Shown here piece after piece: positions 20,567-28,771 of a DNA stretch of 64,000 bases. Below the pieces are notes generated by a model, which had not been told where the DNA came from, ran no database searches, and was given only the letters and a program-made list of their open reading frames with translations. How positions within the stretch are numbered: the stretch's first letter is position 1; each line of letters opens with the position of its first letter. Both the position numbers and the translations under genes were made by a program. Source of the DNA: an uncultured Clostridia bacterium (GTDB lineage: Bacteria; Bacillota; Clostridia; Christensenellales; UBA1242); contig CAMEJD010000002.1 of NCBI GenBank assembly GCA_945919375.1, forward strand, positions 35,643 through 99,642, in the 5' to 3' direction.

Positions 20567-21442
20567 TTACCACTTGTCTATTTCGCCAAAAGTTTTGGTT
20601 TCTGCTTTGTTTTTTGTTGATTTATAACTAACTATATATCCACAAATGTCATTTTCAGTTGATTGTGCAAATTTGTCCAAAGATAAATTGCTTTCCAAAG
20701 CATCGGTTTCTTTTCTCTCAATTTTGGAAATCTTTATATTTGAATCAATTGCTTGTTTGTATATGTTAAAGGAATATAATAATGCATTGTTCCCACTGCC
20801 AAAAATTACATTGATTTGGCTTGCAGTGTGATTATTTACCAATTTATAAAAGTTTTTTGAAACTTCAATTTTTTCAATTGTTTCTTCATTTGTTGAATAA
20901 TAAGAAATTGAATCAATTTTTAAATGACTTTTTGCTTTGTCAAAAACTACAGTTGAAGAACAATCTTTTTCTTCTCCCAAAATTGTTTGCTTGTATCTCA
21001 CCTTATAATTTGAAGATGCAGGTTCTCTTTGAATAGAAAAAGTGTATTTTATTTCTTGACCATCTTTTGAGAATGAACATTCATAGTGGGTTTTTACTTG
21101 TTTCACAGCAATTAACTCAACACCATTAACACCCTTAAGTACACATTCTTTTAGTTTTGATGTCAAATTATAACACTCTATTGACGAAACAATTGCAAGT
21201 TCTTCAACTTCAAGATAGTTTTGCCCATTCCACGCAAAATTAACTTTTTCTTTTTGTGAATTGTCAGCATCCAATCTATTCAAATCTGATTTATAACCAC
21301 TTTGTGCCGATAAAAGGTTATCAACATAAAAATCATAAATACCCAAGTTGGTTTCCATAAAGATAGACTCTGTCATGCCACCACAACCGACAAGAGCGAA
21401 CACACAAAACATCATTAAAATTGACATCAAAAACTTTTTCAT
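20567..21442 (-). CDS. Lipoprotein of unknown function, translationally coupled to helD paralog 1.
   Basis: 291 aa. N-terminus MKKFLMSILMMFCVFALVGCGG carries a lipobox (LVGC). RBS AAGGGA. The stop codon ends 1 nt before the helD ATG. Confidence 0.75.
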   Translation of the reverse strand: MKKFLMSILMMFCVFALVGCGGMTESIFMETNLGIYDFYVDNLLSAQSGYKSDLNRLDADNSQKEKVNFAWNGQNYLEVEELAIVSSIECYNLTSKLKECVLKGVNGVELIAVKQVKTHYECSFSKDGQEIKYTFSIQREPASSNYKVRYKQTILGEEKDCSSTVVFDKAKSHLKIDSISYYSTNEETIEKIEVSKNFYKLVNNHTASQINVIFGSGNNALLYSFNIYKQAIDSNIKISKIERKETDALESNLSLDKFAQSTENDICGYIVSYKSTKNKAETKTFGEIDKW

Positions 21443-21512
21443 AATTTCCCTTTTACTTCTATTTTTATTTTACTAAATTTTATCAATCTATGCAAACAAA
21501 ATACCGACAAAA

Positions 21513-22202
21513 TTAAATTTTTAAAGATTTTAGATATTTTTTCTTTTCTTCACTTACCCTAAAACTTTCCACACATTTTTGTATTGACTTATTATGCACA
21601 AATTTGTTTTTAATAATATTTTTTTCAAACAATTTAATGGTTTCGTTATATTGTTTTACAATTGCCACACTAAAATACCAAGCAAGAGCCATATTAAAAT
21701 AATAATCGTCTTCGTTATAATTTGCCAAGATAAATAAATCATTTTTGTCAAAATTGCTGTCCAAGAAATAATCAAGTAAAATAACAACTGCAAAGCGTTT
21801 TATATAAAAATTGTCATTTTTTAACCATATTTTTATGTTTTTTTTGAAAAAATCAGGCATTTTTTTAACAATTTTAAGATTCGAGCAAGTAATATCACAA
21901 CTCAACCAATTATCCAAATGACTTAAAAATATATTCAAGTACCTTATTAATACATTTACATCAACATTCAAATAACCAAGCATAAGCCCATAAATATTAG
22001 TTTCATCAAGTGTTGTAAATTTGCAATTTTCCAAATAATCAAAACCATTAAAAGTGTTTGCATACATTTTTGCAATTTCTTTTGACTTTGGAACACTTAT
22101 ACCACACATTTTTGAAAAATCAATTGTTGGAACCAATTTTTTATTGAATATTGCGTTCTTTTCCAAATAATTTGCTTTTATCTCTTCCAATATTTTTTTC
22201 AT
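21513..22202 (-). CDS. DNA alkylation repair (AlkD/AlkC-like HEAT-repeat) family protein.
   Basis: 229 aa, all-helical. Segments resembling the family: LDNWLSCD, IKRFAVVILLDYF, FNMALAWYFSVAIVK, SIQKCVESFRVS. Assigned from memory of the family pattern only. Confidence 0.5.
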   Translation of the reverse strand: MKKILEEIKANYLEKNAIFNKKLVPTIDFSKMCGISVPKSKEIAKMYANTFNGFDYLENCKFTTLDETNIYGLMLGYLNVDVNVLIRYLNIFLSHLDNWLSCDITCSNLKIVKKMPDFFKKNIKIWLKNDNFYIKRFAVVILLDYFLDSNFDKNDLFILANYNEDDYYFNMALAWYFSVAIVKQYNETIKLFEKNIIKNKFVHNKSIQKCVESFRVSEEKKKYLKSLKI

Positions 22203-22221
22203 AAGTTAATTATATAACAAT

Positions 22222-22257
22222 AAAAAAAGACTGTAAAGAATTATCTTCAATACAGTC
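22222..22257 (-). terminator. Rho-independent terminator downstream of ppa.
   Basis: Inverted repeat gactgta (22229-22235) / tacagtc (22251-22257). A plus-strand A7 run at 22222-22228 gives a U-run after the hairpin on the minus strand. Confidence 0.55.
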
Positions 22258-22266
22258 AAATTACTA

Positions 22267-22797
22267 TTATTTTCCAAATTTTTTCTCAAAATCTACAATA
22301 TTTTCTGCAATTACTTTTTCTGCCGCTTCATAACCTTCAATTTTCGTTACTTCAACAACTTTGTTTTCAAGTTGCTTGTATACTGTCAAAAAGTGTTTTA
22401 GTTCATCAACCAAATGAATTGGCAATTGAGATATATCTTTTATAAGATTATATTGTGGGTCGCCAAAAGGAATTGCGATAACCTTTTCATCAACTTCATC
22501 TCTATCAAGCATGTGAACTATTCCTATTGGATAACACCTTACCAAACTCATTTTTTCAATAGGTTGACTGCACAAAACAAAAACATCAAGTGGGTCACCG
22601 TCTCCCGAGATAGTCCTTGGGATAAATCCATAATTCATAGGATAGTGAGTTGATGTATATAAAACTCTATCCAAAATGATTAAACCTGTTTCTTTATCTA
22701 ATTCATATTTATTTTTTGAACCCTGTTCAATCTCTATGCAAGCAACAAAATCTTTTGGGGTTATTCTTTCTTTTCTAATATCTGTCCAAATATTCAT
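22267..22797 (-). CDS. ppa: Inorganic pyrophosphatase, family I.
   Basis: 176 aa. Motifs CIEIEQGSKNKYELD, YPMNYGFIPRT and GDGDPLDVFVLC. RBS AGGAGAAAAG. Confidence 0.9.
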   Translation of the reverse strand: MNIWTDIRKERITPKDFVACIEIEQGSKNKYELDKETGLIILDRVLYTSTHYPMNYGFIPRTISGDGDPLDVFVLCSQPIEKMSLVRCYPIGIVHMLDRDEVDEKVIAIPFGDPQYNLIKDISQLPIHLVDELKHFLTVYKQLENKVVEVTKIEGYEAAEKVIAENIVDFEKKFGK

Positions 22798-22899
22798 TTT
22801 CTTTTCTCCTAGTCAAGTAATTATACACATATAATAAAAAAAAGCAAATAAAATCATAAACTTTATCGGTTGAATAATTGTTCAACCTTTATTTTACAT

Positions 22900-22928
22900 A
22901 AAAAAAGCAGTTGGGTTAAACTGCTTTT
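22900..22928 (-). terminator. Rho-independent terminator downstream of tuf.
   Basis: On the minus strand: aaagcagtt-taaccc-aactgcttt followed by a T7 run. Confidence 0.6.
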
Positions 22929-22983
22929 CTTATATAGAACCTATAATTGGGTTAAGATTATAGATTAAAATCGTTTACTCAAA

Positions 22984-24186
22984 TTATTTAATAATTTTTG
23001 TAACTACGCCTGAACCAACTGTTCTGCCACCTTCACGGATAGCGAATCTAAGTCCTTCTTCAATAGCGATTGGTGTGATAAGAGAGATTTCCATTGAAAT
23101 GTTATCTCCTGGCATTACCATTTCTACGCCATCAGGAAGTTTAATTGTTCCAGTAACGTCTGTTGTTCTGAAGTAGAATTGTGGTCTGTAACCATTAAAG
23201 AATGGAGTATGACGTCCACCTTCTTCTTTCTTAAGAACGTAAACTTGAGCTGCGAATTCTGTGTGTGGGTGAATTGAACCTGGTTTTGCAAGAACTTGTC
23301 CTCTTTCGATTTCATCTCTGTTGATTCCACGAAGAAGAAGTCCTACGTTATCTCCTGCTCTTGCTTCATCAAGAAGTTTTCTGAACATTTCAACGCCTGT
23401 AATAACAGTTTGTTTACCAGAATCTTTCATACCGATAATTTCAACGGTATCATTCATTCTTACAACACCTCTTTCTACTCTACCTGTTGCAACTGTACCA
23501 CGACCTGTGATTGTGAATACGTCTTCAACTGGCATCAAGAAAGGTTTGTCTGTTTCACGAGCTGGGTCTGGAATGTATGAATCAATTGTGTCAAGTAATT
23601 CTTGAATAGGTTTTAACCATTCACTATTAAGATCTCCAGCTTCACAAGCTTCGCAAGCCTTAAGTGCTGAGCCTCTGATGATTGGAGTTGTATCTCCTGG
23701 GAATCCATAAGATGTTAATAAATCTCTAACTTCCATTTCAACAAGGTCAACAAGTTCTGGATCTGCTTGATCCATTTTGTTTAAGAACACTACAATGTAT
23801 GGAACACCAACTTGTCTTGCAAGAAGAATATGTTCTCTTGTTTGAGGCATTGGACCATCTGCTGCTGAAACAACAAGGATTGCTCCGTCCATTTGTGCAG
23901 CACCTGTAATCATATTTTTAACATAGTCTGCGTGTCCTGGGCAGTCTACGTGTGCATAGTGTCTCTTTGCTGTTTGGTATTCAACGTGTGCTGTGTTAAT
24001 TGTAATACCTCTAGCTTTTTCTTCTGGTGCTTTATCAATATCTGCATATTTCATTGATTCAGCAAGACCTTTAAGAGCACTATATTGGCAAATTGCTGAA
24101 GTAAGAGTTGTTTTACCATGGTCAACGTGTCCGATTGTACCAATGTTAACGTGAGTCTTAGTTCTGTCAAATTTTTCCTTAGCCAT
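22984..24186 (-). CDS. tuf: Elongation factor Tu.
   Basis: 400 aa. Motifs [18 protein letters not shown] and NKMD. Full-length, unmistakable EF-Tu sequence with RBS AAAGGAGAA. Confidence 0.98.
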   Translation of the reverse strand: MAKEKFDRTKTHVNIGTIGHVDHGKTTLTSAICQYSALKGLAESMKYADIDKAPEEKARGITINTAHVEYQTAKRHYAHVDCPGHADYVKNMITGAAQMDGAILVVSAADGPMPQTREHILLARQVGVPYIVVFLNKMDQADPELVDLVEMEVRDLLTSYGFPGDTTPIIRGSALKACEACEAGDLNSEWLKPIQELLDTIDSYIPDPARETDKPFLMPVEDVFTITGRGTVATGRVERGVVRMNDTVEIIGMKDSGKQTVITGVEMFRKLLDEARAGDNVGLLLRGINRDEIERGQVLAKPGSIHPHTEFAAQVYVLKKEEGGRHTPFFNGYRPQFYFRTTDVTGTIKLPDGVEMVMPGDNISMEISLITPIAIEEGLRFAIREGGRTVGSGVVTKIIK

Positions 24187-24229
24187 TTTTTAATTCTCCT
24201 TTATTTTATTTGATTTTTTAATCTCTATG

Positions 24230-24258
24230 ATAATAACACAAATTTTTATAATTGACAA
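24230..24258 (-). promoter_or_regulatory. Candidate sigma70-type promoter for tuf in the fusA-tuf spacer.
   Basis: On the minus strand: TTGTCA (24258-24253), 17-nt spacer, TATTAT (24235-24230). Confidence 0.4.
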
Positions 24259-24394
24259 ACATTTTTCATATTTTTATAAAAATGTGTTTTATCACACAAC
24301 TTTTTGTCGGCTGTTGGGTCTGCCTTAAAAAGTTTATATTTGTTTTGCCCATTCTTGTTGCTTTCGCTAAATACAAAAACGGGCAAGCAAATTT

Positions 24395-26470
24395 TTAGTT
24401 GGATTTTTTACGTTCTCCAACAATTTTTTCGGTAATTGATTTTGGAACTTCTTGATATTTAAGTGGTTCCATAACAAATGTACCTCTTCCTTGTGTTTGA
24501 GAACGAAGGTCTGTTGCATAACCGAACATTTCTGCAAGTGGAACTTCTGCTCTAACTCTTTGATATCCTGGGATAGAGTCATTTCCAAGAAGTATACCAC
24601 GTCTTGATGTCAAGTTACCCATAACTGTTCCAAGATAATCATCTGGAACATCAACTTCAACCTTCATAATAGGTTCCAAAAGCACTGGGTCAGCTTTTGC
24701 TGCACCTTCTTTAAATGCAAGGCTTCCTGCGATTTTGAACGCCATTTCACTAGAGTCTACATCGTGGTAAGAACCATCAAATACAGTTGCTCTAAAGTCT
24801 GTTGTTTCATAACCGGCAATAACACCATTCATTCTTGCTTCATCAATACCTTTGTTAACTGGTTGAATAAATTCTTTTGGAATTGATCCACCAACTGTTT
24901 TATCAACAAATTCATATCCTGAACCTGGTTCAAGTGGTTCAAACTTAACCCAGCAGTGTCCATATTGACCTTTACCACCAGATTGACGAATAAATTTACC
25001 TTCTGCTTCAACAGTTTTTCTTATTGTTTCTCTGTAAGCAACTTGTGGTTTACCTACATTTGCTTCAACTTTGAATTCTCTAAGCAATCTATCAACAATA
25101 ATTTCAAGGTGAAGTTCGCCCATACCAGAAATAAGGGTTTGTCCTGTTTCTTGATCAGTTTGTACTCTAAATGATGGATCTTCTCTTGCGAGTTTTGCAA
25201 GGGCAAGAGCCATTTTTTCTTGCATATCTTTTGTTTTTGGTTCAATTGCAAGTTGGATAACAGGTTCTGGGAATTTCATACTTTCAAGTTGAATTGGGTG
25301 AGCTTCATCACAAAGTGTGTGTCCTGTTATTGTGTCCTTAAGTCCAACAATAGCAGCAATATCACCTGCTTTAACTTCTTGAATTTCTGTTCTGTTGTTT
25401 GCATGCATACGAATAAGTCTTCCAACTCTTTCGGTTTTTCCATTGTTTGCATTATAAACATATGAACCTGCTTTAAGTGTTCCGCTATATACACGGAAGA
25501 ATGTCAATGAACCAACATATGGGTCAGTTGCAATTTTGAATGCAAGACCTGCAAGTGGTGCATTTGCATCTGGGTGTCTAAATTCTTCTTCGCCTGTTTC
25601 TGGGTTAATTCCTTTAATTGACTCAACATCTGTTGGGCTTGGCAAATAATCAACCATTGCATCAAGAAGGTTTTGAACACCTTTGTTTTTGTATGATGAA
25701 CCACAAAGCATTGGGGTAACTTTCTTTGCAATTGTTGCCTTTCTTATTGCCTTTTTAAGTTCGTCGATACTAATTTCTTCTCCAGCAAAATATTTCTCAA
25801 GCAAAGCATCATCAGTTTCTACAACTGATTCAATAAGTTCTTCATGACGTTTCTTTGCTTCTTCTTGATATTCAGCTGGGATTTCAACTTCGTCCAAGAT
25901 TTTTCCCAAATCATCTTCTGGAATATATGCTTTCATTGTCAAAAGATCAATAATACCTTTGAATGATTCAGCCATTCCAATTGGCATTTGAAGTGGGAGT
26001 GGTTTTGTGCGAAGTCTATCTCTTACAGACTCAACACATTTGTCAAAGTATGCATCATCTCTATCCATTTTATTAACAAAGATGATTACAGGGACTTTGC
26101 ATTCATTTGCTTGACGCCAAACAGTTTCTGTTTGAGGTTGAACTTTATCTCTTGCAGAAAGTACCAAAACGGCACCATCAAGAACTTTTAATGAACGCAA
26201 AACTTCAATTGTAAAGTCAACGTGTCCCGGTGTATCAATAATGTTTATTTTGTGACCTTTCCAATGGCAAGTTGTACAAGCAGAAGTAATTGTGATACCT
26301 CTTTCTTGTTCTTGTTCCATCCAGTCCATTGTTGCAGCACCATCGTGAACTTCACCAATTTTGTGGTTGATACCTGTATAGAAAAGAATTCTTTCGGTTG
26401 TTGTGGTTTTGCCGGCATCAATGTGCGCCATTATACCGACATTACGAGTTAACGCTAAATTCTCGTCCAT
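24395..26470 (-). CDS. fusA: Elongation factor G.
   Basis: 691 aa. Motifs [23 protein letters not shown] and NKMDR. RBS AAGGAGAAAA. Confidence 0.98.
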   Translation of the reverse strand: MDENLALTRNVGIMAHIDAGKTTTTERILFYTGINHKIGEVHDGAATMDWMEQEQERGITITSACTTCHWKGHKINIIDTPGHVDFTIEVLRSLKVLDGAVLVLSARDKVQPQTETVWRQANECKVPVIIFVNKMDRDDAYFDKCVESVRDRLRTKPLPLQMPIGMAESFKGIIDLLTMKAYIPEDDLGKILDEVEIPAEYQEEAKKRHEELIESVVETDDALLEKYFAGEEISIDELKKAIRKATIAKKVTPMLCGSSYKNKGVQNLLDAMVDYLPSPTDVESIKGINPETGEEEFRHPDANAPLAGLAFKIATDPYVGSLTFFRVYSGTLKAGSYVYNANNGKTERVGRLIRMHANNRTEIQEVKAGDIAAIVGLKDTITGHTLCDEAHPIQLESMKFPEPVIQLAIEPKTKDMQEKMALALAKLAREDPSFRVQTDQETGQTLISGMGELHLEIIVDRLLREFKVEANVGKPQVAYRETIRKTVEAEGKFIRQSGGKGQYGHCWVKFEPLEPGSGYEFVDKTVGGSIPKEFIQPVNKGIDEARMNGVIAGYETTDFRATVFDGSYHDVDSSEMAFKIAGSLAFKEGAAKADPVLLEPIMKVEVDVPDDYLGTVMGNLTSRRGILLGNDSIPGYQRVRAEVPLAEMFGYATDLRSQTQGRGTFVMEPLKYQEVPKSITEKIVGERKKSN

Positions 26471-26613
26471 AATTTTCTCCTTATTTTTATCTAAATAATT
26501 TTTTCTAAATTAAATAAAACTATTCGTTTTTTACTAAAAACGACAAAAACTATTTAATAAATATAACTCTCGAGCGAAATATTTATATAAATTTTAAAAA
26601 TTTTTATTTTGAA

Positions 26614-26641
26614 ATATTAAGTATTTTCAAAATTTTTTCAA
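26614..26641 (-). promoter_or_regulatory. Candidate sigma70-type promoter for fusA-tuf, downstream of the repeat array.
   Basis: On the minus strand: TTGAAA (26641-26636), 16-nt spacer, TAATAT (26619-26614). It lies about 140 nt upstream of the fusA ATG. Confidence 0.4.
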
Positions 26642-26683
26642 GTTTTATGCAAATTATTTTTTAATAACAAAAACTTGAATAGT

Positions 26684-27029
26684 GTAAATTTTTAATTTTT
26701 AACAAGAAGTGCTAGGCTCTATTTCAACTAGCCCCTTTTTGCAAAACTAAAAATTGTTTCTTGTAAATTTTTAATTTTTGTTAAGAAAGACGAGGCTCGC
26801 TTGATAAATTTGCGTAGGAGTTTAGTTCTATCTAAATGACTATGCAAATTTCGTCAAGCAGAAACAAAGTATCCAAAACAAAAACTTTGATTTACGTAAA
26901 TTTTTAATTTTTAACAAGAAGTGCTAGGCTCGACAAATTTGTTCACGCAGGAGTTTGCTGACGCAAATGACTGTGTGACGAATTTGGCAGTAAACGACGC
27001 AATTCGCAGTTAAAAATTAAAAATTTTAC
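26684..27029 (+). repeat. Array A of nested-hairpin elements: three head-to-tail copies in the rpsG-fusA spacer. Candidate structured RNA or REP/MITE-like element.
   Basis: Copies: A1 26684-26762 (central hairpin deleted), A2 26763-26895, A3 26896-27029. Each starts with gtaaatttttaattttt. A3 has outer arms gtaaatttttaatttttaac / gttaaaaattaaaaattttac and a core of aagaagtgctaggctcg ... cacgcag-GA-gtttgc-tgac-gcaaat-GA-ctgtgtg ... agtaaac ... cgcag. The right arm overlaps the rpsG stop codon (27026-27028). Confidence 0.7.
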
Positions 27030-27499
27030 CATTTGTAATGAGCAAAAGCCTTATTAGCTTCAGCCATTCTATGCATTTCATCTCTTCTCTTAATTGCAGC
27101 ACCTTGATTGTTATAAGCATCAAGTAATTCGCCAGCAACTTTTTCTTCCATTGTTCTTTCACTGTTTCTCTTTCTTGCGAATAAAACAATCCAACGAATG
27201 GCAAGAGTTTGTCTTCTTTCAGGTCTGATTTCCATTGGTACTTGGTATGTTGCACCACCAACTCTGCGACCTTTTGTTTCAAGAACAGGTTTAACGTTTT
27301 CAATTGCTTGTGTGAACACGTCAATTGGGTCTGAACCAGTCTTTTCTTTTATAATGTCAAAAGCACCATAAACGATTGATTGAGCAATACCTTTCTTTCC
27401 ATCATACATAACTTGGTTAATAAATTTTGTAACTAGTTTGTTGTGGAATTTTGGATCTGGTAATACATCACGTTTTGGCACACCACTTCTTCTTGGCAT
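27026..27499 (-). CDS. rpsG: 30S ribosomal protein S7.
   Basis: 157 aa beginning [18 protein letters not shown], ending ...AFAHYKW. RBS AAAAGGAGAA. Confidence 0.97.
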   Translation of the reverse strand: MPRRSGVPKRDVLPDPKFHNKLVTKFINQVMYDGKKGIAQSIVYGAFDIIKEKTGSDPIDVFTQAIENVKPVLETKGRRVGGATYQVPMEIRPERRQTLAIRWIVLFARKRNSERTMEEKVAGELLDAYNNQGAAIKRRDEMHRMAEANKAFAHYKW

Positions 27500-27540
27500 A
27501 GTGTTTAGTTTCTCCTTTTAATAGATTTTAGTTAAATTTT

Positions 27541-27912
27541 TTATTTAGGTTTTTTTGCGCCATATTTTGAACGGCTTTGCATACGTTTTGCAACACCTGA
27601 AGAATCAAGTGCACCACGAACGATGTGATAACGAACACCTGGAAGGTCTTTTACACGTCCACCACGAACAAGAACAACGCTGTGCTCTTGAAGGTTGTGT
27701 CCGATTCCTGGAATATAGCAAGTTCCTTCTTGACCATTTGAAAGCTTAACTCTGGCAATTTTACGAAGAGCTGAGTTAGGTTTTTTAGGTGTTGTTGTTT
27801 TAACAGCCAAACATACACCACGTTTTTGTGGGCAGTTTTCAAGGAGTGGTGATTTGCTCTTTTTATCAAAAGATTTTCTTCCACTGCGAACCAACTGGTT
27901 AATTGTAGGCAT
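27541..27912 (-). CDS. rpsL: 30S ribosomal protein S12.
   Basis: 123 aa. Begins MPTINQLVR; also contains [10 protein letters not shown] and [30 protein letters not shown]. Confidence 0.97.
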   Translation of the reverse strand: MPTINQLVRSGRKSFDKKSKSPLLENCPQKRGVCLAVKTTTPKKPNSALRKIARVKLSNGQEGTCYIPGIGHNLQEHSVVLVRGGRVKDLPGVRYHIVRGALDSSGVAKRMQSRSKYGAKKPK

Positions 27913-27951
27913 ATTTTTCTCCTTTTATAAAAATTTGCTATTTCACATAAC

Positions 27952-28000
27952 AAAAAAGCGAATTCATCAAAGTATGTTTTACTAAACTTGACAAATTCGC
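27952..28000 (-). promoter_or_regulatory. Terminator-like hairpin plus U-run in the rpsL leader. It could be an attenuator, or a terminator insulating rpsL from upstream transcription.
   Basis: On the minus strand: GCGAATTTGTCAAG ... CTTTGATGAATTCGC (about 14 pairs including G:U), followed by TTTTTT, ending about 38 nt before the rpsL ATG. Confidence 0.4.
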
Positions 28001-28164
28001 ATTGCAACAGTGTTCAACTTATTAAAGTATTAAACACAACACGCATATACACCAATTTGTGTAGTTTCGGTAAAACAAAGTTAATTGCTACCTGCTGTTT
28101 GTTAATATGGCCTAACTAGCAAAATTAGGACTTGGGTGCAAATGAAAAAAACATTTACGAAGTA

Positions 28165-28193
28165 AATATACACGATTTTACCCAATTTGTCAA
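28165..28193 (-). promoter_or_regulatory. Candidate strong sigma70-type promoter upstream of rpsL.
   Basis: On the minus strand: TTGACA (28193-28188), 17-nt spacer, TATATT (28170-28165). This implies a leader of roughly 245 nt. Confidence 0.45.
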
Positions 28194-28295
28194 CCACTTA
28201 TAAAAACTTTTTTACAAGCGAATATAAATATATTTATTAGGAAAGTGAACAAAGTAAGTTATTATAAAAATAAAAACATGGCAAAGTGCCTTGCT

Positions 28296-28541
28296 TTAAT
28301 AACTACCTTCAAGTGTTTTGTCTTTAAACATCTCATCATTAAAAAAATCAAAAAGTGAGATATCCAAAGCATCACATATATCTAGCAATGTTCTTGTGCC
28401 TGGATTCTTACTTTTTCCATAAAATATACTTGTTATTGTACTAGGGTCAAGACCTGCAATTGTTCCCAACTTATTTGGGGTACTATCCTTGTCTTCACAT
28501 AGTTTCAATATTCTTTTTGTAATTGCTTCAGTTAATAACAT
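28296..28541 (-). CDS. XRE-family helix-turn-helix transcriptional regulator.
   Basis: 81 aa. HTH-like PNKLGTIAGLDPSTITSIFYGKSKNPGTRTLLDICDALDISLFDFF. Divergent from the 28772 operon. Confidence 0.8.
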   Translation of the reverse strand: MLLTEAITKRILKLCEDKDSTPNKLGTIAGLDPSTITSIFYGKSKNPGTRTLLDICDALDISLFDFFNDEMFKDKTLEGSY

Positions 28542-28553
28542 ATCAATGTATCT

Positions 28554-28582
28554 TTGACTTTAAAATATCATTATGCTATTAT
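28554..28582 (+). promoter_or_regulatory. Candidate promoter of the 28772-31758 operon, back-to-back with the XRE gene start.
   Basis: TTGACT (28554-28559), 17-nt spacer, TATTAT (28577-28582), followed by AAT. Confidence 0.4.
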
Positions 28583-28771
28583 AATATCTAAGGATATATC
28601 GGTGACTTATTTGTCTTGTTTATACAGAGCATTCTTAAATATCGTCAAACTTTAAACTTGAGAACAATTTATTAAAAGATAAATATAAAATTCTGGAAAA
28701 AGGAATTATTGTAACAATGAAGAATAATAGTATTAGAGCATATCACTTCTAACAAAGGAGAAAGAATTGAA

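Noticed and set aside
26809-26980. A conserved AGGAG followed about 15 nt later by ATG inside the hairpins suggested a small ORF with its own RBS.
   Set aside because: The reading frames differ wildly between copies (3, 7, 8 and 23 codons), the ATG is ACG in copy C, and both the AGGAG and ATGAC sequences are explained by the paired GA/GA-loop structure.
26684-27029. Integron attC sites were considered, since they are imperfect palindromes immediately after stop codons.
   Set aside because: The adjacent genes are core genes (rpsG, gpmI), not cassettes. There is no intI. The outer arms do not fit the RYYYAAC / GTTRRRY boxes consistently. The conserved internal loops (GA/GA, AGGCTCG, AGTAAAC) are not attC features.
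26896-27029. The elements might simply be elaborate rho-independent terminators of the upstream minus-strand genes.
   Set aside because: This does not fully account for them. On the minus strand the helices contain A:C mismatches where the plus strand has G:T. B3 has no U-run after the hairpin on the minus strand. The conserved unpaired motifs and the 130-nt nested architecture also exceed what a terminator needs. A terminator or stabiliser side-effect is kept as a possibility in the findings.
27651-28007. A 118-aa minus-strand ORF overlapping rpsL and its leader, and the 27555-27749 plus-strand ORF.
   Set aside because: They are out of frame or antisense to the unmistakable rpsL gene and have no motifs.
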